A DNA stretch of 60,554 bases, the filler included. It is 7 parts of 7 records of this genome, joined end to end, with 100 filler letters (N's around TTAATTAATTAA, not from the genome) between each part and the next. Parts side by side here need not be neighbours in the genome. Positions count along the whole stretch, not along the records: positions 12,954 to 26,245 come from SRR31156797_51095; positions 26,346 to 32,733 come from SRR31156797_51135; 5 more parts are not named here. One strand, given 5' to 3'. Below are positions 19,324 to 29,339 of this stretch, in pieces. Numbering within the stretch: position 1 is the first letter of the stretch; each line of letters begins with the position of its first letter. The notes under the pieces were generated by a model. That model had not been told where the DNA came from, did no database searches, and saw nothing but the letters and a program-made list of their open reading frames with translations. The position numbers and the translations under genes were made by a program.

Positions 19324-20076
19324 TTAAGACGCCTTTAACAGTGCCGGGAATTCCATCCATGTTGAGATACGGGGTACGCTCGCATGGGGTTCGTCTGTTT
19401 CACTGGGCGACATGTGCATCGGTATGGGCGGTTTTTTATCCAGAACATAAGTAAACCAGACGGGTTGGATCCCCACCGCCAAGGCCCCATTCACATCCGC
19501 ATCCACATCATCTCCCACATATATAATTTCATCCATGGGGGCATCAAAACCACGCATCAACCGGTGAAAGACTTTTCTATGGGGTTTGCGATACCCCAAT
19601 TGTCCGGATATGAGCCTTACCTCAAAAAAAGGTGCCAATTCCAGGCGGTTTATGATTTCCAAGGCGGCGGGCCAATGGGTAAAATTGCTCAACAGCCCCA
19701 GTTGATACTCACCCTTCAATTTTTCCAGCATGGCGCAGGTTCCGGGCACACAATAGCAGGAATCGTAAAAGGTGGAAAAGTAAGCCTCAACCGCGGCAGC
19801 GATTCTGGGATCATCCGGGGAAACATGATAACCGAAGTTTTGAAGCGCGGCGCTGATCCAGAAGCGGTTATGGGTTTCCTTGCCATCTTCCCGGGTCTGT
19901 TTGACGAACTTTACAGCCGCCTCATAATAGGTTTTTTTGAAAGCGTTTTCCTCAGGATATATCCCGTTCTGCTCCAAACTCCGTTGCATGCGGGGAAAGG
20001 CCCGGGTAAGGGTATCCGGTTTCGCCATCACCAGAGTGTTAAAAAGATCAAATCCGATGGCTCTGATATGTTTCAT
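19324..20076 (-). CDS. HAD-family hydrolase
   Basis: FDLFNTL, LLSN, RKP and VGDD..AD motifs. Confidence 0.9.
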   Translation of the reverse strand: MKHIRAIGFDLFNTLVMAKPDTLTRAFPRMQRSLEQNGIYPEENAFKKTYYEAAVKFVKQTREDGKETHNRFWISAALQNFGYHVSPDDPRIAAAVEAYFSTFYDSCYCVPGTCAMLEKLKGEYQLGLLSNFTHWPAALEIINRLELAPFFEVRLISGQLGYRKPHRKVFHRLMRGFDAPMDEIIYVGDDVDADVNGALAVGIQPVWFTYVLDKKPPIPMHMSPSETDEPHASVPRISTWMEFPALLKAS

Positions 20077-20225
20077 GGTTTTTTCCCGTTCAAAATAAAA
20101 AGCGCAAAATGCAGCCACAATCGACATCAATTATTGTATTTTCGCACGCCGGAAGAAATTGTTCAAGGAAGAAACCACATTAAAGCCTTGAAAACCCCGG
20201 GGTAAATGGGAAAACGGATTGAGGT

Positions 20226-20253
20226 TTGACAATCCCAACGCCAATGCTATATT
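20226..20253 (+). promoter_or_regulatory. Sigma70-type promoter for the EamA gene
   Basis: TTGACA-N16-TATATT with an extended TGn. Confidence 0.55.
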
Positions 20254-20400
20254 GTCCTCCGTTTCCGCCGACGCTTAATGGGGTCGATTCCTGAAGAACC
20301 GGCTAAAAAATGCGAAAATCACTCTATCATGGTTAAAGCCAAACATCCCATCAAATCTTTTATGAGACGTTGGATTTAAGGACCAAAGGCGAATAGACCC

Positions 20401-21261
20401 ATGGACCAATGGTATACATTTGCCGTCATTGCCCTGTTTTTCCTGGGCATTCAGCGGTTTCTCTACAAGGTTTCGGCAGAACGCAGGTGCAATTCGGCCT
20501 GGACCAGTTTTTCTTTCATGGGCACGGTGGCATTCTTGAGTACGGTTCTCTTTTTCGCCCTGGATGAAACGGTTCAAAACATCGGTTTTTTGTTGTTTAT
20601 CGCTCTGGCCAACAGCTTGACCTTTTTCATTGCCACCATCAGCAACATGGAGGCTCTCAAGCGCATTCCCGCGGGTGTGGCTTACCCGATCATTCGACTC
20701 AATGCCGCCATTGTGGTTATTTTTTCCATTTTGTATTTCGGGGATAACCTGTCTCCGTACCAGGGGATGGGGATTTTCCTGGCCCTGGTAACCGTGGTAA
20801 TTCTGGCCCGGGATACGGGCGAAAAGGATGGCAGCGGTGGAGACAGAAAATTAGGGTTTCTCTTTATGGGCATCTCCATACTGGCAGGCGCTCTCTCATC
20901 CATATCGAGTAAATTTGCAGCCCTTTACGCAAACAAAATGGCCTTCATGGCCGTTTCGTACACCTTTGCCACCTTTCTTTCCTTTGGTTTTCGCAAAAAA
21001 GCACAGTCCCCGGATGCAAACACCCAACACAAGGATGCCCTTCTAATCGGTTTTTTTATGGGATTGATCAATCTGGGCGGATTTTACTGCTATCTCAAGG
21101 CCCTGACCACGGGCCCCCTTTCCATCATTGTATCCATCACGGCCATGCACTTTGTCATCGCCATTATTTTATCCACCCTGATTTATGGGGAAAAACTCAA
21201 TCGATGGCGAATCACGGGGATTTTACTGAGTATGATATCCATTCTGCTGCTGCGGCTGTGA
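20401..21261 (+). CDS. EamA/DMT family transporter
   Basis: About 10 TM helices in two repeats, with YPI and GEKL motifs. Confidence 0.88.
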   Translation: MDQWYTFAVIALFFLGIQRFLYKVSAERRCNSAWTSFSFMGTVAFLSTVLFFALDETVQNIGFLLFIALANSLTFFIATISNMEALKRIPAGVAYPIIRLNAAIVVIFSILYFGDNLSPYQGMGIFLALVTVVILARDTGEKDGSGGDRKLGFLFMGISILAGALSSISSKFAALYANKMAFMAVSYTFATFLSFGFRKKAQSPDANTQHKDALLIGFFMGLINLGGFYCYLKALTTGPLSIIVSITAMHFVIAIILSTLIYGEKLNRWRITGILLSMISILLLRL

Positions 21262-21272
21262 GCCAAAAACCA

Positions 21273-22382
21273 TTACTTCTTTTCTTTTAGCCGTTTTTCC
21301 ACAACGCAATAGATCCCTTTGCCCTCCATGGCCGGCTTAAAGCAAAAATTGTCGGAAAGGCATTTGGCCTTCCTCAGATCGCCCGATGCCCATCTTTTGA
21401 TGAGTCCCGGTTCCCGAATAAAAGGCCGGCTCATGGAAATATATTCCGCATATCCGTCCCGAACCATTTGTTCCGCCACCTGAAAGGATCGGTTCCCACC
21501 CACGAGGATCAAAGGGACATGAATCTTCTCTTTGAACGTTTTTGCCGCTTCCCTGAAATAGGCTTCCTTTTCTTCAGTGGCGATCCCCATCCTTGAAGGG
21601 TTCAGTTTCCCGGAAAAAAACGTACCCCCGCTCAGTTCAATGGCATCAATCCCTCCCTTTTCCAGCATTTCACCGATCCGGACCGATTCATCCAGCGTAA
21701 GCCCTCCTTCAAGAAAATCCTCTGAATTCAGTTTTACAAGAAGGGGAAAATCATTGCCGACAGCTCCCCGAACCGCCCCAAGGGTTTCCAACACCAACCT
21801 GACCCGGTTTTCCAGCGGCCCCCCATAAGCATCGTTTCGCTTGTTTAAGGCAGGGGAGAGGGACTGGCTTAGAAAGTATCCATGGGCCGCATGGATTTGA
21901 ACGCCGTCGAATCCGGCCTCCTTGGCGCGACGTGCCCCTTCGGCAAAAGCATTTACCAGGTTTTCCAGGTCGCCCTTTTCCATGATCCTGCGGGGGGCTT
22001 TGGTGAAATCTTCCACCCCCGATAAAGCCAAAGGGGGTTCTCCAATCAATTTGGCACTGGCAAAAGCGCCTGCATGGGTGATCTGAAGAACGATTTTGCC
22101 GTCCCGCTCGTGAACCGCCCGGGTCATCTTCCGGTAGCCATCAATGAAATCGTCCGTGTAAATGCCGAGCTGCAAGGGACCCGCCTGCCCATGGCGCTGC
22201 ACATAGGCGTGACTGGATATGATAAGTCCCACTTCACCTTCGGCAAGATCGGCCATAACATTCGTTATCTTCGGGGTACACTCGCCTTTTTCTCCCGCCA
22301 TCCCTTCCCAGGTGGCCGAGCGGACAAACCGGTTTTTCAGTTTCATTCCATTGATTTCACTATTTTCGAACATTACGGACAT
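21273..22382 (-). CDS. NADH:flavin oxidoreductase (Old Yellow Enzyme family)
   Basis: KNRFVRSAT, QITHAG, GFDGVQIHAAHGY and N.R.D.YGG motifs. Confidence 0.95.
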   Translation of the reverse strand: MSVMFENSEINGMKLKNRFVRSATWEGMAGEKGECTPKITNVMADLAEGEVGLIISSHAYVQRHGQAGPLQLGIYTDDFIDGYRKMTRAVHERDGKIVLQITHAGAFASAKLIGEPPLALSGVEDFTKAPRRIMEKGDLENLVNAFAEGARRAKEAGFDGVQIHAAHGYFLSQSLSPALNKRNDAYGGPLENRVRLVLETLGAVRGAVGNDFPLLVKLNSEDFLEGGLTLDESVRIGEMLEKGGIDAIELSGGTFFSGKLNPSRMGIATEEKEAYFREAAKTFKEKIHVPLILVGGNRSFQVAEQMVRDGYAEYISMSRPFIREPGLIKRWASGDLRKAKCLSDNFCFKPAMEGKGIYCVVEKRLKEKK

Positions 22383-22536
22383 GGCTTTCCCCTTATTTAT
22401 CAGAATCTTAAAAAAATAAAGCGCTGTTATGACTCAGCAATGTATCCGTTATTGATATCACAAGGCGTTTATTCATGGCAACCGGATTTCGTTTCCGAAG
22501 AGTTTCCATGAGCGGGGGCGACAAATCCATGAGGGT

Positions 22537-23799
22537 TCAGGCCTGAAACAGCCGTCTAGACGGCACGGCCCAGATATCAGGCTCCCCTATATGCTTTATC
22601 TCATTGCCCCTGTAAACAACCATGCCGCCGATCCATTGTTTGCCCAACCCGGCTGCAATTTCTTTCATAACGCGCATATCCTGGCGCACGACCCGTTGTC
22701 GTGATTTGATCTCCATCCCGATAAATCCGGCCTCAGTCTTGAGCAGAATATCCAGCTCCATTCCCGATCGGGTCCGATAGAAATAGACGTCGGCATCCAT
22801 TTGCGATGTCTTCAATCCCTTGATCAATTCGGATACGACCATGGTCTCATAGAGCTCTCCGGTCATTTCTCCCCTGAAACCGGTCAATCGCCGCAAAATT
22901 CCGATATCCGTCCAATACAACTTGGGGGTCTTGACCACCGAACTGGTAAGGTTTTGGTGGTAGGGCTGGAGCAAAAACGTCTGATAGGAGAGTCTCAAAT
23001 ACTCCAGGTAGCGTCTGGCTGTATCCACGCTGATGCCCGTATCCCGGGAAAGCTCCGAGTAATTGAGGAGCATGCCCGACCGCAAGGCGCTCAACTTCTG
23101 AAATTTTCTAAAGGGCGACAGGTCGTCCAGCCGTGCAAGATCCGAAAGGTCCCGCTCCAGATAGGTATACCCATAGTCTTTCAGCCATTTCCAACGTTCC
23201 GAATCCGAAAGGGGCAACAGGGCCGGCATTCCCCCCCAAGTAAGGATATGATTTTCCGCCTGACGGAATTCGAGATCTTCTTCCTCCAGGATTACAGCCG
23301 GAATATTCGACAAGACGGACCGCAGATCTTCCGAAGCCAGCATGTGAAAAAGTAATGGTGCGGGAAGATTCCCCTCCCCTTTCGGAAGTTTCATCTCACA
23401 CTGCATCAACGGCCACAATTCATAGAAGAAGGCCCGGCCCGCGAGAGATTCCCGGATCTTTTTCAAGAGCATGATCTGGCTGGAACCGGTCAATACGGTA
23501 AAAGCGACTTTCCCCTCATCAAAGGCGTATTTGACTTTTTCAAAGACCACCGGTTCCTTTTGCGCTTCATCCAGAACCGCACAACCCACCGTCTCAGCCC
23601 AGGAAGCCGTGGAGAGGTTTTTCAGGGTTTCCCTGTTTTCAGGTGAATCCAGATTAATATAGCGTAGGTCCGAGTACCTTGTTTTTGTAAGCGTGGTCTT
23701 GCCGGTTTGCCTGGCGCCCGTCAAAACCACCAATCGTCTGGCGGATGATGCAGGAAGATGCTGCTCAAGGATGCGATTTTTTAATGAAAAATTGTTCAT
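22537..23799 (-). CDS. AAA+ ATPase (AAA_14 + DUF4143-type)
   Basis: GARQTGKTT, LDEAQ, TGSS, ESLAGR, KTPKLY and ELD..EIK motifs. Confidence 0.9.
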   Translation of the reverse strand: MNNFSLKNRILEQHLPASSARRLVVLTGARQTGKTTLTKTRYSDLRYINLDSPENRETLKNLSTASWAETVGCAVLDEAQKEPVVFEKVKYAFDEGKVAFTVLTGSSQIMLLKKIRESLAGRAFFYELWPLMQCEMKLPKGEGNLPAPLLFHMLASEDLRSVLSNIPAVILEEEDLEFRQAENHILTWGGMPALLPLSDSERWKWLKDYGYTYLERDLSDLARLDDLSPFRKFQKLSALRSGMLLNYSELSRDTGISVDTARRYLEYLRLSYQTFLLQPYHQNLTSSVVKTPKLYWTDIGILRRLTGFRGEMTGELYETMVVSELIKGLKTSQMDADVYFYRTRSGMELDILLKTEAGFIGMEIKSRQRVVRQDMRVMKEIAAGLGKQWIGGMVVYRGNEIKHIGEPDIWAVPSRRLFQA

Positions 23800-23999
23800 G
23801 GATCTATACTTTGCGGCGTTGGTCCCTATAACTTTCCACATGAGGATTTAGACAAATCTCCAGTGAAGGGCTTCACGGGATACGCCTCAAGCATCATTTT
23901 TGCCTGCAATTTTAAGACATGGTCGTAGGATATACAGCAAAATTTAATATGTCAATAGTACATCAGCAATTCCAATTGGCGATAAGTGCCCACACTTGT

Positions 24000-24071
24000 T
24001 GTGCGACTAAAGTCGCACCTACAACGCTGCATCAATGGTCATCAGGATGTAGGTGCGAATTTATTCGCACA
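24000..24071. repeat. Inverted GTAG-family REP doublet (REPIN-like)
   Basis: Copy A (minus) GTAGGTGCGACTTTAGTCGCACA and copy B (plus) GTAGGTGCGAATTTATTCGCACA. Each is GTAG plus a short palindrome. Confidence 0.8.
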
Positions 24072-24174
24072 TTCTTCCTTTGGGTGCTTATTCTTGCCTT
24101 CCCACCGCACCTGCTGTATTCTTATTGCCGTGGTAAAGCGATGTGTACTGAAACGTATTTTTGAGGAAAAGCCG

Positions 24175-25077
24175 TTGTACGATATTTCAAACCATAGACC
24201 ACTGCCGACGGTCCTGAAGCGGTCTTACAATTTTCGACGTAACATCCTTATGATCGACAAATTTCGGTACCATTTTGTCCATGAAGGCAATCCACAAAAC
24301 CCGGCCGTTTTGATGCTCCACGGAAACCCCACCTGGTCTTTCTACTTCAGGCGATTGATCACGGCCCTCAAAAAAACCCATCACGTTATTGCGCCGGACC
24401 ATATGGGGTGCGGACTGTCGGATAAACCGCGGGACTATTCCTATGGTTTGAGTAACCATATGGACAATGTGGGAAAACTGGTTGATCATTTGGGGTTAAA
24501 ACAAATCACGCTGGTCTGCCACGACTGGGGCGGCGCCATCGGGATGGGGGTTGCCGCGCGCCGGCCTGATCTTTTCAGTCGGTTTGTGATTCTCAATACG
24601 GCGGCATGGCGCTCCCCCCGCATGCCCAAACGGATCGCCCTCTGCCGCATTCCGTTCTTCGGAACCCTGGCGGTACGCGGTTTTAACGGCTTTGCCCTGG
24701 CCGCAACCCGGATGGCCGTGGCAAGACCCCTTGACAAGAATGCAAAAACCGGTTTGCTATGGCCCTATAACAGCTGGAATAACCGTATTGCCATATTACG
24801 TTTTGTCCAGGACATCCCCATGAATCCGTCCCATCCTTCCCATGACTGCCTCAAGGAAACGGAAAGGCTTCTCTACCGGCTGCGGAGCAAACCCATGAAA
24901 ATCTGCTGGGGAATGAAAGACTGGTGTTTTGATGGGATATTTCTTCAGCAATGGCGGGAACGTTTTCCAAAGGCATCCGTGACCGAATTTCCCAATGCGG
25001 GCCACTATATTCTGGAAGACGCCCATGAGACCGTTGTCCCGGCCGTGCAGGATTTTCTGAGGTCGGAAGACCGTTGA
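24175..25077 (+). CDS. oleB: OleB-like alpha/beta hydrolase (haloalkane dehalogenase-like fold)
   Basis: HGNPTWSFY, DHMGCGLSDKP, HDWGGAIG, RFVQDIP, WGMKD.CF and GHYILEDA motifs. TTG start after GAGGA. Confidence 0.72.
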   Translation: MYDISNHRPLPTVLKRSYNFRRNILMIDKFRYHFVHEGNPQNPAVLMLHGNPTWSFYFRRLITALKKTHHVIAPDHMGCGLSDKPRDYSYGLSNHMDNVGKLVDHLGLKQITLVCHDWGGAIGMGVAARRPDLFSRFVILNTAAWRSPRMPKRIALCRIPFFGTLAVRGFNGFALAATRMAVARPLDKNAKTGLLWPYNSWNNRIAILRFVQDIPMNPSHPSHDCLKETERLLYRLRSKPMKICWGMKDWCFDGIFLQQWRERFPKASVTEFPNAGHYILEDAHETVVPAVQDFLRSEDR

Positions 25078-25098
25078 ACCGGAGAATGCGCGTACAGG

Positions 25099-26244
25099 TT
25101 AGGAAGACGCCGGTTTATCCAGTTCCTTTCTGACGGCAAAGCCGATCTTTTCCAAGGAGTAGGGCTTTTTGACATATTCCCCGGCACCCAGGCGCTGGGC
25201 CTCTTTCACCCTGGTTGTTTCTGAAAATCCGCTGGCAATAATTACTTTCTGTCCCGGTTTCCATTTGATGATTTCCCGAAAAGTCTCCAATCCATCCATA
25301 CCCTTTCCCATAATCATATCGAGAACCAATAAATCAACGGGGTTTTTCTTGATATATTCCACGGCATCCTCTCCCGAGGAAACGGCCGAACCACAATACC
25401 CCAGCTTGGACAAAATGGCGGTAGCGATGGCCCGCTGCTCTTCCACATCATCCACAACGAGAACCGATTCACCCCGGCCCCGGCAGTCTTCAATGGCAAC
25501 CGTTAAATTTTCGTCGGGTAAGTCTTCCCGGTTGGCAGGAAAATACAATGTAAAAACAGTCCCTTTCCCTTCATGGCTTTCAACATCGATATATCCGCCG
25601 TGATCCTTGACGGTCCCCCATACCACCGCCATCCCAAGCCCGGTTCCGCTTCTTCCCATAACTTTCTTGGTATAAAAGGGCTCAAAGATCTGTTTCATAT
25701 CCCGGGGAGAAATACCGATACCAGAATCAGCCACGGTCAGAACCACATAGTCCCCTTCTTTCTTAACATGGTCGAACCCTTTTAAGGGGCTGTCGATATA
25801 TCGGTTTTCCATTGATACGCGGACCTTCCCGCCGTGCGGAATGGCTTCCACCGCATTGGAAACCAGGTTCATCACCGTTTTGGAAAGGTGAACCGGCGAA
25901 CCCATGATGTAAAGGAGATCATCGACCGGACGAACCGCCATCTCAACGCCCGGATGAAATGAAAGAAGCATCCGGTGCTCCGGACTCCGCAAATATTCGG
26001 TAACAATATGGTTTAAGTCAACCACTTCTCTCGATGCAGCGCCTCTCCTGGCCAGGGTGAGCAGATCCTGTACAATGGCGGCGGCCCTTTCTCCGGATTT
26101 CTGTATGGTAAAAATCGGTTTTCGCAAGGGGCTCTCTTCGGGCAGATCCATTAAAAGGAGTTCCGGATAGGTCACGATCCCTGATAGAATATTATTCAAA
26201 TCATGGGCCACGCCTCCGGCAAGGGTGCCGATGGCTTCCATTTT
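25099..26244 (-). CDS. Hybrid sensor histidine kinase/response regulator (5'-truncated)
   Basis: AGGVAHDLNN H-box, N/G boxes, GTGLG and a C-terminal REC (VVDD, LVLDM, KP). Confidence 0.95.
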   Translation of the reverse strand, partial: KMEAIGTLAGGVAHDLNNILSGIVTYPELLLMDLPEESPLRKPIFTIQKSGERAAAIVQDLLTLARRGAASREVVDLNHIVTEYLRSPEHRMLLSFHPGVEMAVRPVDDLLYIMGSPVHLSKTVMNLVSNAVEAIPHGGKVRVSMENRYIDSPLKGFDHVKKEGDYVVLTVADSGIGISPRDMKQIFEPFYTKKVMGRSGTGLGMAVVWGTVKDHGGYIDVESHEGKGTVFTLYFPANREDLPDENLTVAIEDCRGRGESVLVVDDVEEQRAIATAILSKLGYCGSAVSSGEDAVEYIKKNPVDLLVLDMIMGKGMDGLETFREIIKWKPGQKVIIASGFSETTRVKEAQRLGAGEYVKKPYSLEKIGFAVRKELDKPASS

Positions 26245-26245
26245 C

Positions 26246-26345
26246 NNNNNNNNNNNNNNNNNNNNNNNNNNNNNNNNNNNNNNNNNNNNTTAATTAATTA
26301 ANNNNNNNNNNNNNNNNNNNNNNNNNNNNNNNNNNNNNNNNNNNN
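26246..26345. other. Artificial contig spacer 2
   Basis: N44-TTAATTAATTAA-N44. Confidence 0.99.
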
Positions 26346-26347
26346 TC

Positions 26348-28420
26348 CGCAAGGACCGCTTCGCCATCATCATCACCGAAGTGCCCTACATGGTGAACAA
26401 GGCGCGCATGGTCGAGACAATTGCCGAGACCGTCCGCGACAAGAAAATCGAAGGTATTTCCGACCTGCGCGACGAATCCGACCGTCACGGGGTGCGCGTC
26501 GTCGTCGAGATCAAGCGCGACGCCGAGCCGGAAATCGTGCTCAACCAGCTGTTCCGCTATACGCCGCTGCAAACCAGTTTCGGCGTCAACATGCTGGCGC
26601 TCAACGGCGGCAAGCCGGAGATGCTGAACCTCAAGCAGATCCTGGAAGCCTTCCTGAATTTCCGCGAGGAGGTGATCCGCCGGCGCACCATCTTCGAATT
26701 GGGCAAGGCCCGGGACCGGGCGCATATCTTCGCCGGACTGGCCGTTGCCGTCGCCAATATCGACGATGTCATCGCGCTGATCCGGGCCGCCCCCGATCCG
26801 GCGACGGCGCGCGCGCAGTTGATGGAAAAAGCCTGGCCGGCCACGGACGTGGCGCCGCTGATCGAACTGATCGACGAACCGGGCCGCATGGTCGTGGACG
26901 GCGTCTACAAGCTGTCCGAGGAACAGGCGAAAGCCATCCTCGAATTGCGGCTGCACCGCCTGACCGGCCTGGAGCGCGACAAGATCGCCGACGACCTGGC
27001 CGAACTCGGCCGCCAGATCGAGGAACATCTGGCAATTCTGGGGTCGCGCGAAAAGCTGCTGGGCGTGCTGCGCGACGAAATTCTGGAGATCAAGGAACGG
27101 TTCGGAAATCCGCGCCGCACCACCATCGAAGAGTACGAATTCGAGCAGGACATCGAAGACCTGATCCAGCGCGAAGACATGGTGGTGACGGTCACCAACA
27201 GCGGCTATATCAAGCGCGTGCCGGTGTCCAGTTATCGGGCCCAGCGCCGCGGCGGCAAGGGCCGCGCCGGCATGAGCATGCGCGACGAGGACTTCGTCAA
27301 CCGCGTGTTCGTGCTCAATACGCATACGCCGGTACTGTTCTTCTCGTCCACCGGCATGGTCTACAAGCTCAAGGTCTACAAGCTGCCGGTCGGCTCGCCG
27401 CAGGCGCGCGGCAAGGCCATGGTCAACCTTCTGCCGCTGAAGACCGGCGAGGTCATCACGACCATGCTGCCGCTGCCCGAGGACGAGGACAGCTGGGGCG
27501 AATTGTTCATCGTGCTGGCGACGGCGAGCGGCAACATACGGCGCAACCGTTTGAGCGATTTCACCAGCGTTTTCGCCAACGGCAAGATCGCCATGAAACT
27601 GAACGAAGGCGACCGCCTGGTCCGGGTTCGCACGTTCGCCGAGGACGACGACGTTCTGCTCAGCACGCGGCAGGGCAAGACGATCCGATTCCCGGTGACC
27701 GACGTCCGCGTATTCTCGGGCCGCACCTCGACCGGCGTTCGCGGCATCCGGCTGGATGACGACGATGCGGTCATCGGCATGTCGGCGTTGAAGCATATCG
27801 AGGTCGACGTTCAGGAGCGCGACGAGTATCTGCACGCGGTACACGCCAAACGGCGATTGGCCAGCGGCGATTACACCGATCGCGCAGAAGACCTGGCCCA
27901 CGATGAGGAACTGGCCGCGCAAATGGAGAACCCGCGGTTCCAGGAACTGCTGGAGCGCGAGGAATTCATCGTTACGGTCGTCGCCGACGGACTCGGCAAA
28001 CGCACCTCGGCCTACGAATACCGGATCTCGGGCCGCGGCGGCAAAGGCGTCACCAGCATGGACCTGCAGCGCGGCAAGAACCGTACGACGGTGGTCAATT
28101 CCTTCCCGGTGATCGATACCGACCAGCTGGTTCTGGTCGCCGACAACGGCCAGATCATCCGCGTCCCGGTCGAGGGAATCAGCATCATCGGGCGGTCCAG
28201 CCGCGGCGTCACCGTGTTCAATGTGGCCGAGGACGACAGCGTCGTTTCGGTAACCCGGCTTCGCGACGACGAAACCGGCGAGGACGAGGACGAATTCAAC
28301 GGCGAAGACGGCGACGATTCGGAAATCGAAGACGGCGGCGAAATCGACGACAACCAAGACGGCGACGGGACCGATACGGGGAGCGGCCCGACCGGCGATC
28401 AACCGGAAGGGAAAGACTAA
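26348..28420 (+). CDS. gyrA: DNA gyrase subunit A (5'-truncated)
   Basis: ITEVPYMVNKA, RDESDR.G.R, GyrA-box QRRGGKG, CTD repeats and an acidic tail. Confidence 0.97.
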   Translation, partial: RKDRFAIIITEVPYMVNKARMVETIAETVRDKKIEGISDLRDESDRHGVRVVVEIKRDAEPEIVLNQLFRYTPLQTSFGVNMLALNGGKPEMLNLKQILEAFLNFREEVIRRRTIFELGKARDRAHIFAGLAVAVANIDDVIALIRAAPDPATARAQLMEKAWPATDVAPLIELIDEPGRMVVDGVYKLSEEQAKAILELRLHRLTGLERDKIADDLAELGRQIEEHLAILGSREKLLGVLRDEILEIKERFGNPRRTTIEEYEFEQDIEDLIQREDMVVTVTNSGYIKRVPVSSYRAQRRGGKGRAGMSMRDEDFVNRVFVLNTHTPVLFFSSTGMVYKLKVYKLPVGSPQARGKAMVNLLPLKTGEVITTMLPLPEDEDSWGELFIVLATASGNIRRNRLSDFTSVFANGKIAMKLNEGDRLVRVRTFAEDDDVLLSTRQGKTIRFPVTDVRVFSGRTSTGVRGIRLDDDDAVIGMSALKHIEVDVQERDEYLHAVHAKRRLASGDYTDRAEDLAHDEELAAQMENPRFQELLEREEFIVTVVADGLGKRTSAYEYRISGRGGKGVTSMDLQRGKNRTTVVNSFPVIDTDQLVLVADNGQIIRVPVEGISIIGRSSRGVTVFNVAEDDSVVSVTRLRDDETGEDEDEFNGEDGDDSEIEDGGEIDDNQDGDGTDTGSGPTGDQPEGKD

Positions 28421-28423
28421 AAC

Positions 28424-28936
28424 ATGAGCGAACCGAAAATCGGAATCTATCCGGGCACTTTCGATCCCGTTACCAACGGGCACCTGGATATCATTTCCAG
28501 GGCGACCCGCGTGGTCGACCGACTGGTCATCGCGGTTGCCGCCAATCCGGGCAAGGAACCGCTGTTCAATCTGGAAGAGCGGGTCGGCATGGTCTGCGAC
28601 GAAGTCGCCGCCATGACCAACGGCGACGGATCGAAGATCGTGGTGACGCCGTTCGACAACCTGCTGATGGATTTCGTGACCCAGCAGGGGGCCTCGGTGA
28701 TCCTGCGCGGGCTCCGGGCGGTTTCCGATTTCGAATTCGAATTCCAGATGGCCGGCATGAACCGGCGCCTCAATCCGATGATCGAAACGGTCTTCCTGAT
28801 GGCTTCCGACCGCCATCAGCTGATTGCCTCGCACCTGGTCAAGGAGGTCGGGGCGCTCGGCGGCGACGTCGGGCATTTCGTTTCGCCGCGGGTAAAAGAG
28901 AAAATTCAGCAGCGTTATTCCGAGCGCGGCAAATAG
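28424..28936 (+). CDS. coaD: Phosphopantetheine adenylyltransferase
   Basis: YPGTFDPVTNGHLDII and RGLRAVSDFEFE motifs. Confidence 0.97.
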   Translation: MSEPKIGIYPGTFDPVTNGHLDIISRATRVVDRLVIAVAANPGKEPLFNLEERVGMVCDEVAAMTNGDGSKIVVTPFDNLLMDFVTQQGASVILRGLRAVSDFEFEFQMAGMNRRLNPMIETVFLMASDRHQLIASHLVKEVGALGGDVGHFVSPRVKEKIQQRYSERGK

Positions 28937-28951
28937 GACCTGCGAAAAGGA

Positions 28952-28980
28952 TTGACCGTTGGTGCGGGCCTACCTATTTT
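28952..28980 (+). promoter_or_regulatory. Probable promoter of tRNA-Lys
   Basis: TTGACC-N17-TATTTT followed by a GC-rich discriminator. Confidence 0.55.
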
Positions 28981-29005
28981 CGCGCCATCCAAATGCCCTT
29001 CCTAA

Positions 29006-29081
29006 GGGCGCGTAGCTCAGGTGGTAGAGCAACTGACTTTTAATCAGTGGGTCACAGGTTCGAGTCCTGTCGCGCCTACCA
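29006..29081 (+). tRNA. tRNA-Lys (anticodon TTT)
   Basis: Acceptor GGGCGCG/CGCGCCT, D-arm GCTC/GAGC, anticodon arm ACTGA-CTTTTAA-TCAGT, GGTTCGAGTCC T-loop and encoded CCA. Confidence 0.97.
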
Positions 29082-29088
29082 ATAAAAT

Positions 29089-29128
29089 CAAGGGGTTGGG
29101 GAGAATTTCCCGACCCCTTGTTTTTTTT
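29089..29128 (+). terminator. Intrinsic terminator after tRNA
   Basis: CAAGGGGTTGGG / CCCGACCCCTTG stem followed by T8. Confidence 0.88.
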
Positions 29129-29339
29129 GTCAGCCGGCCATTAAAACGAACTGAGTTCGTCCCCGGTCGGATACGGCGCCGTCGCCAGCAAGAACCATTC
29201 GACAGAACGGGGCAGGGCCGTGGACTGTCCGGGCAGGGGTTCCGAACAAGAAGGACTGGCTGTCGCGCCTTATTTCTGCCATCAAGGATTGTCAACGATA
29301 TCGAGACCTAAACCGGAAAACCTATCGGCGGCGAACAAC

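Noticed and set aside
20270-20330. Fluoride or guanidine riboswitch before the EamA gene
   Set aside because: Loose AATGGGGTC..AACCG similarity, but the required pairings and conserved 3' motif are missing.
26294-28876. 860-aa minus-strand ORF
   Set aside because: Antisense shadow of gyrA/coaD in GC-rich DNA. It has no motifs and runs into the spacer.
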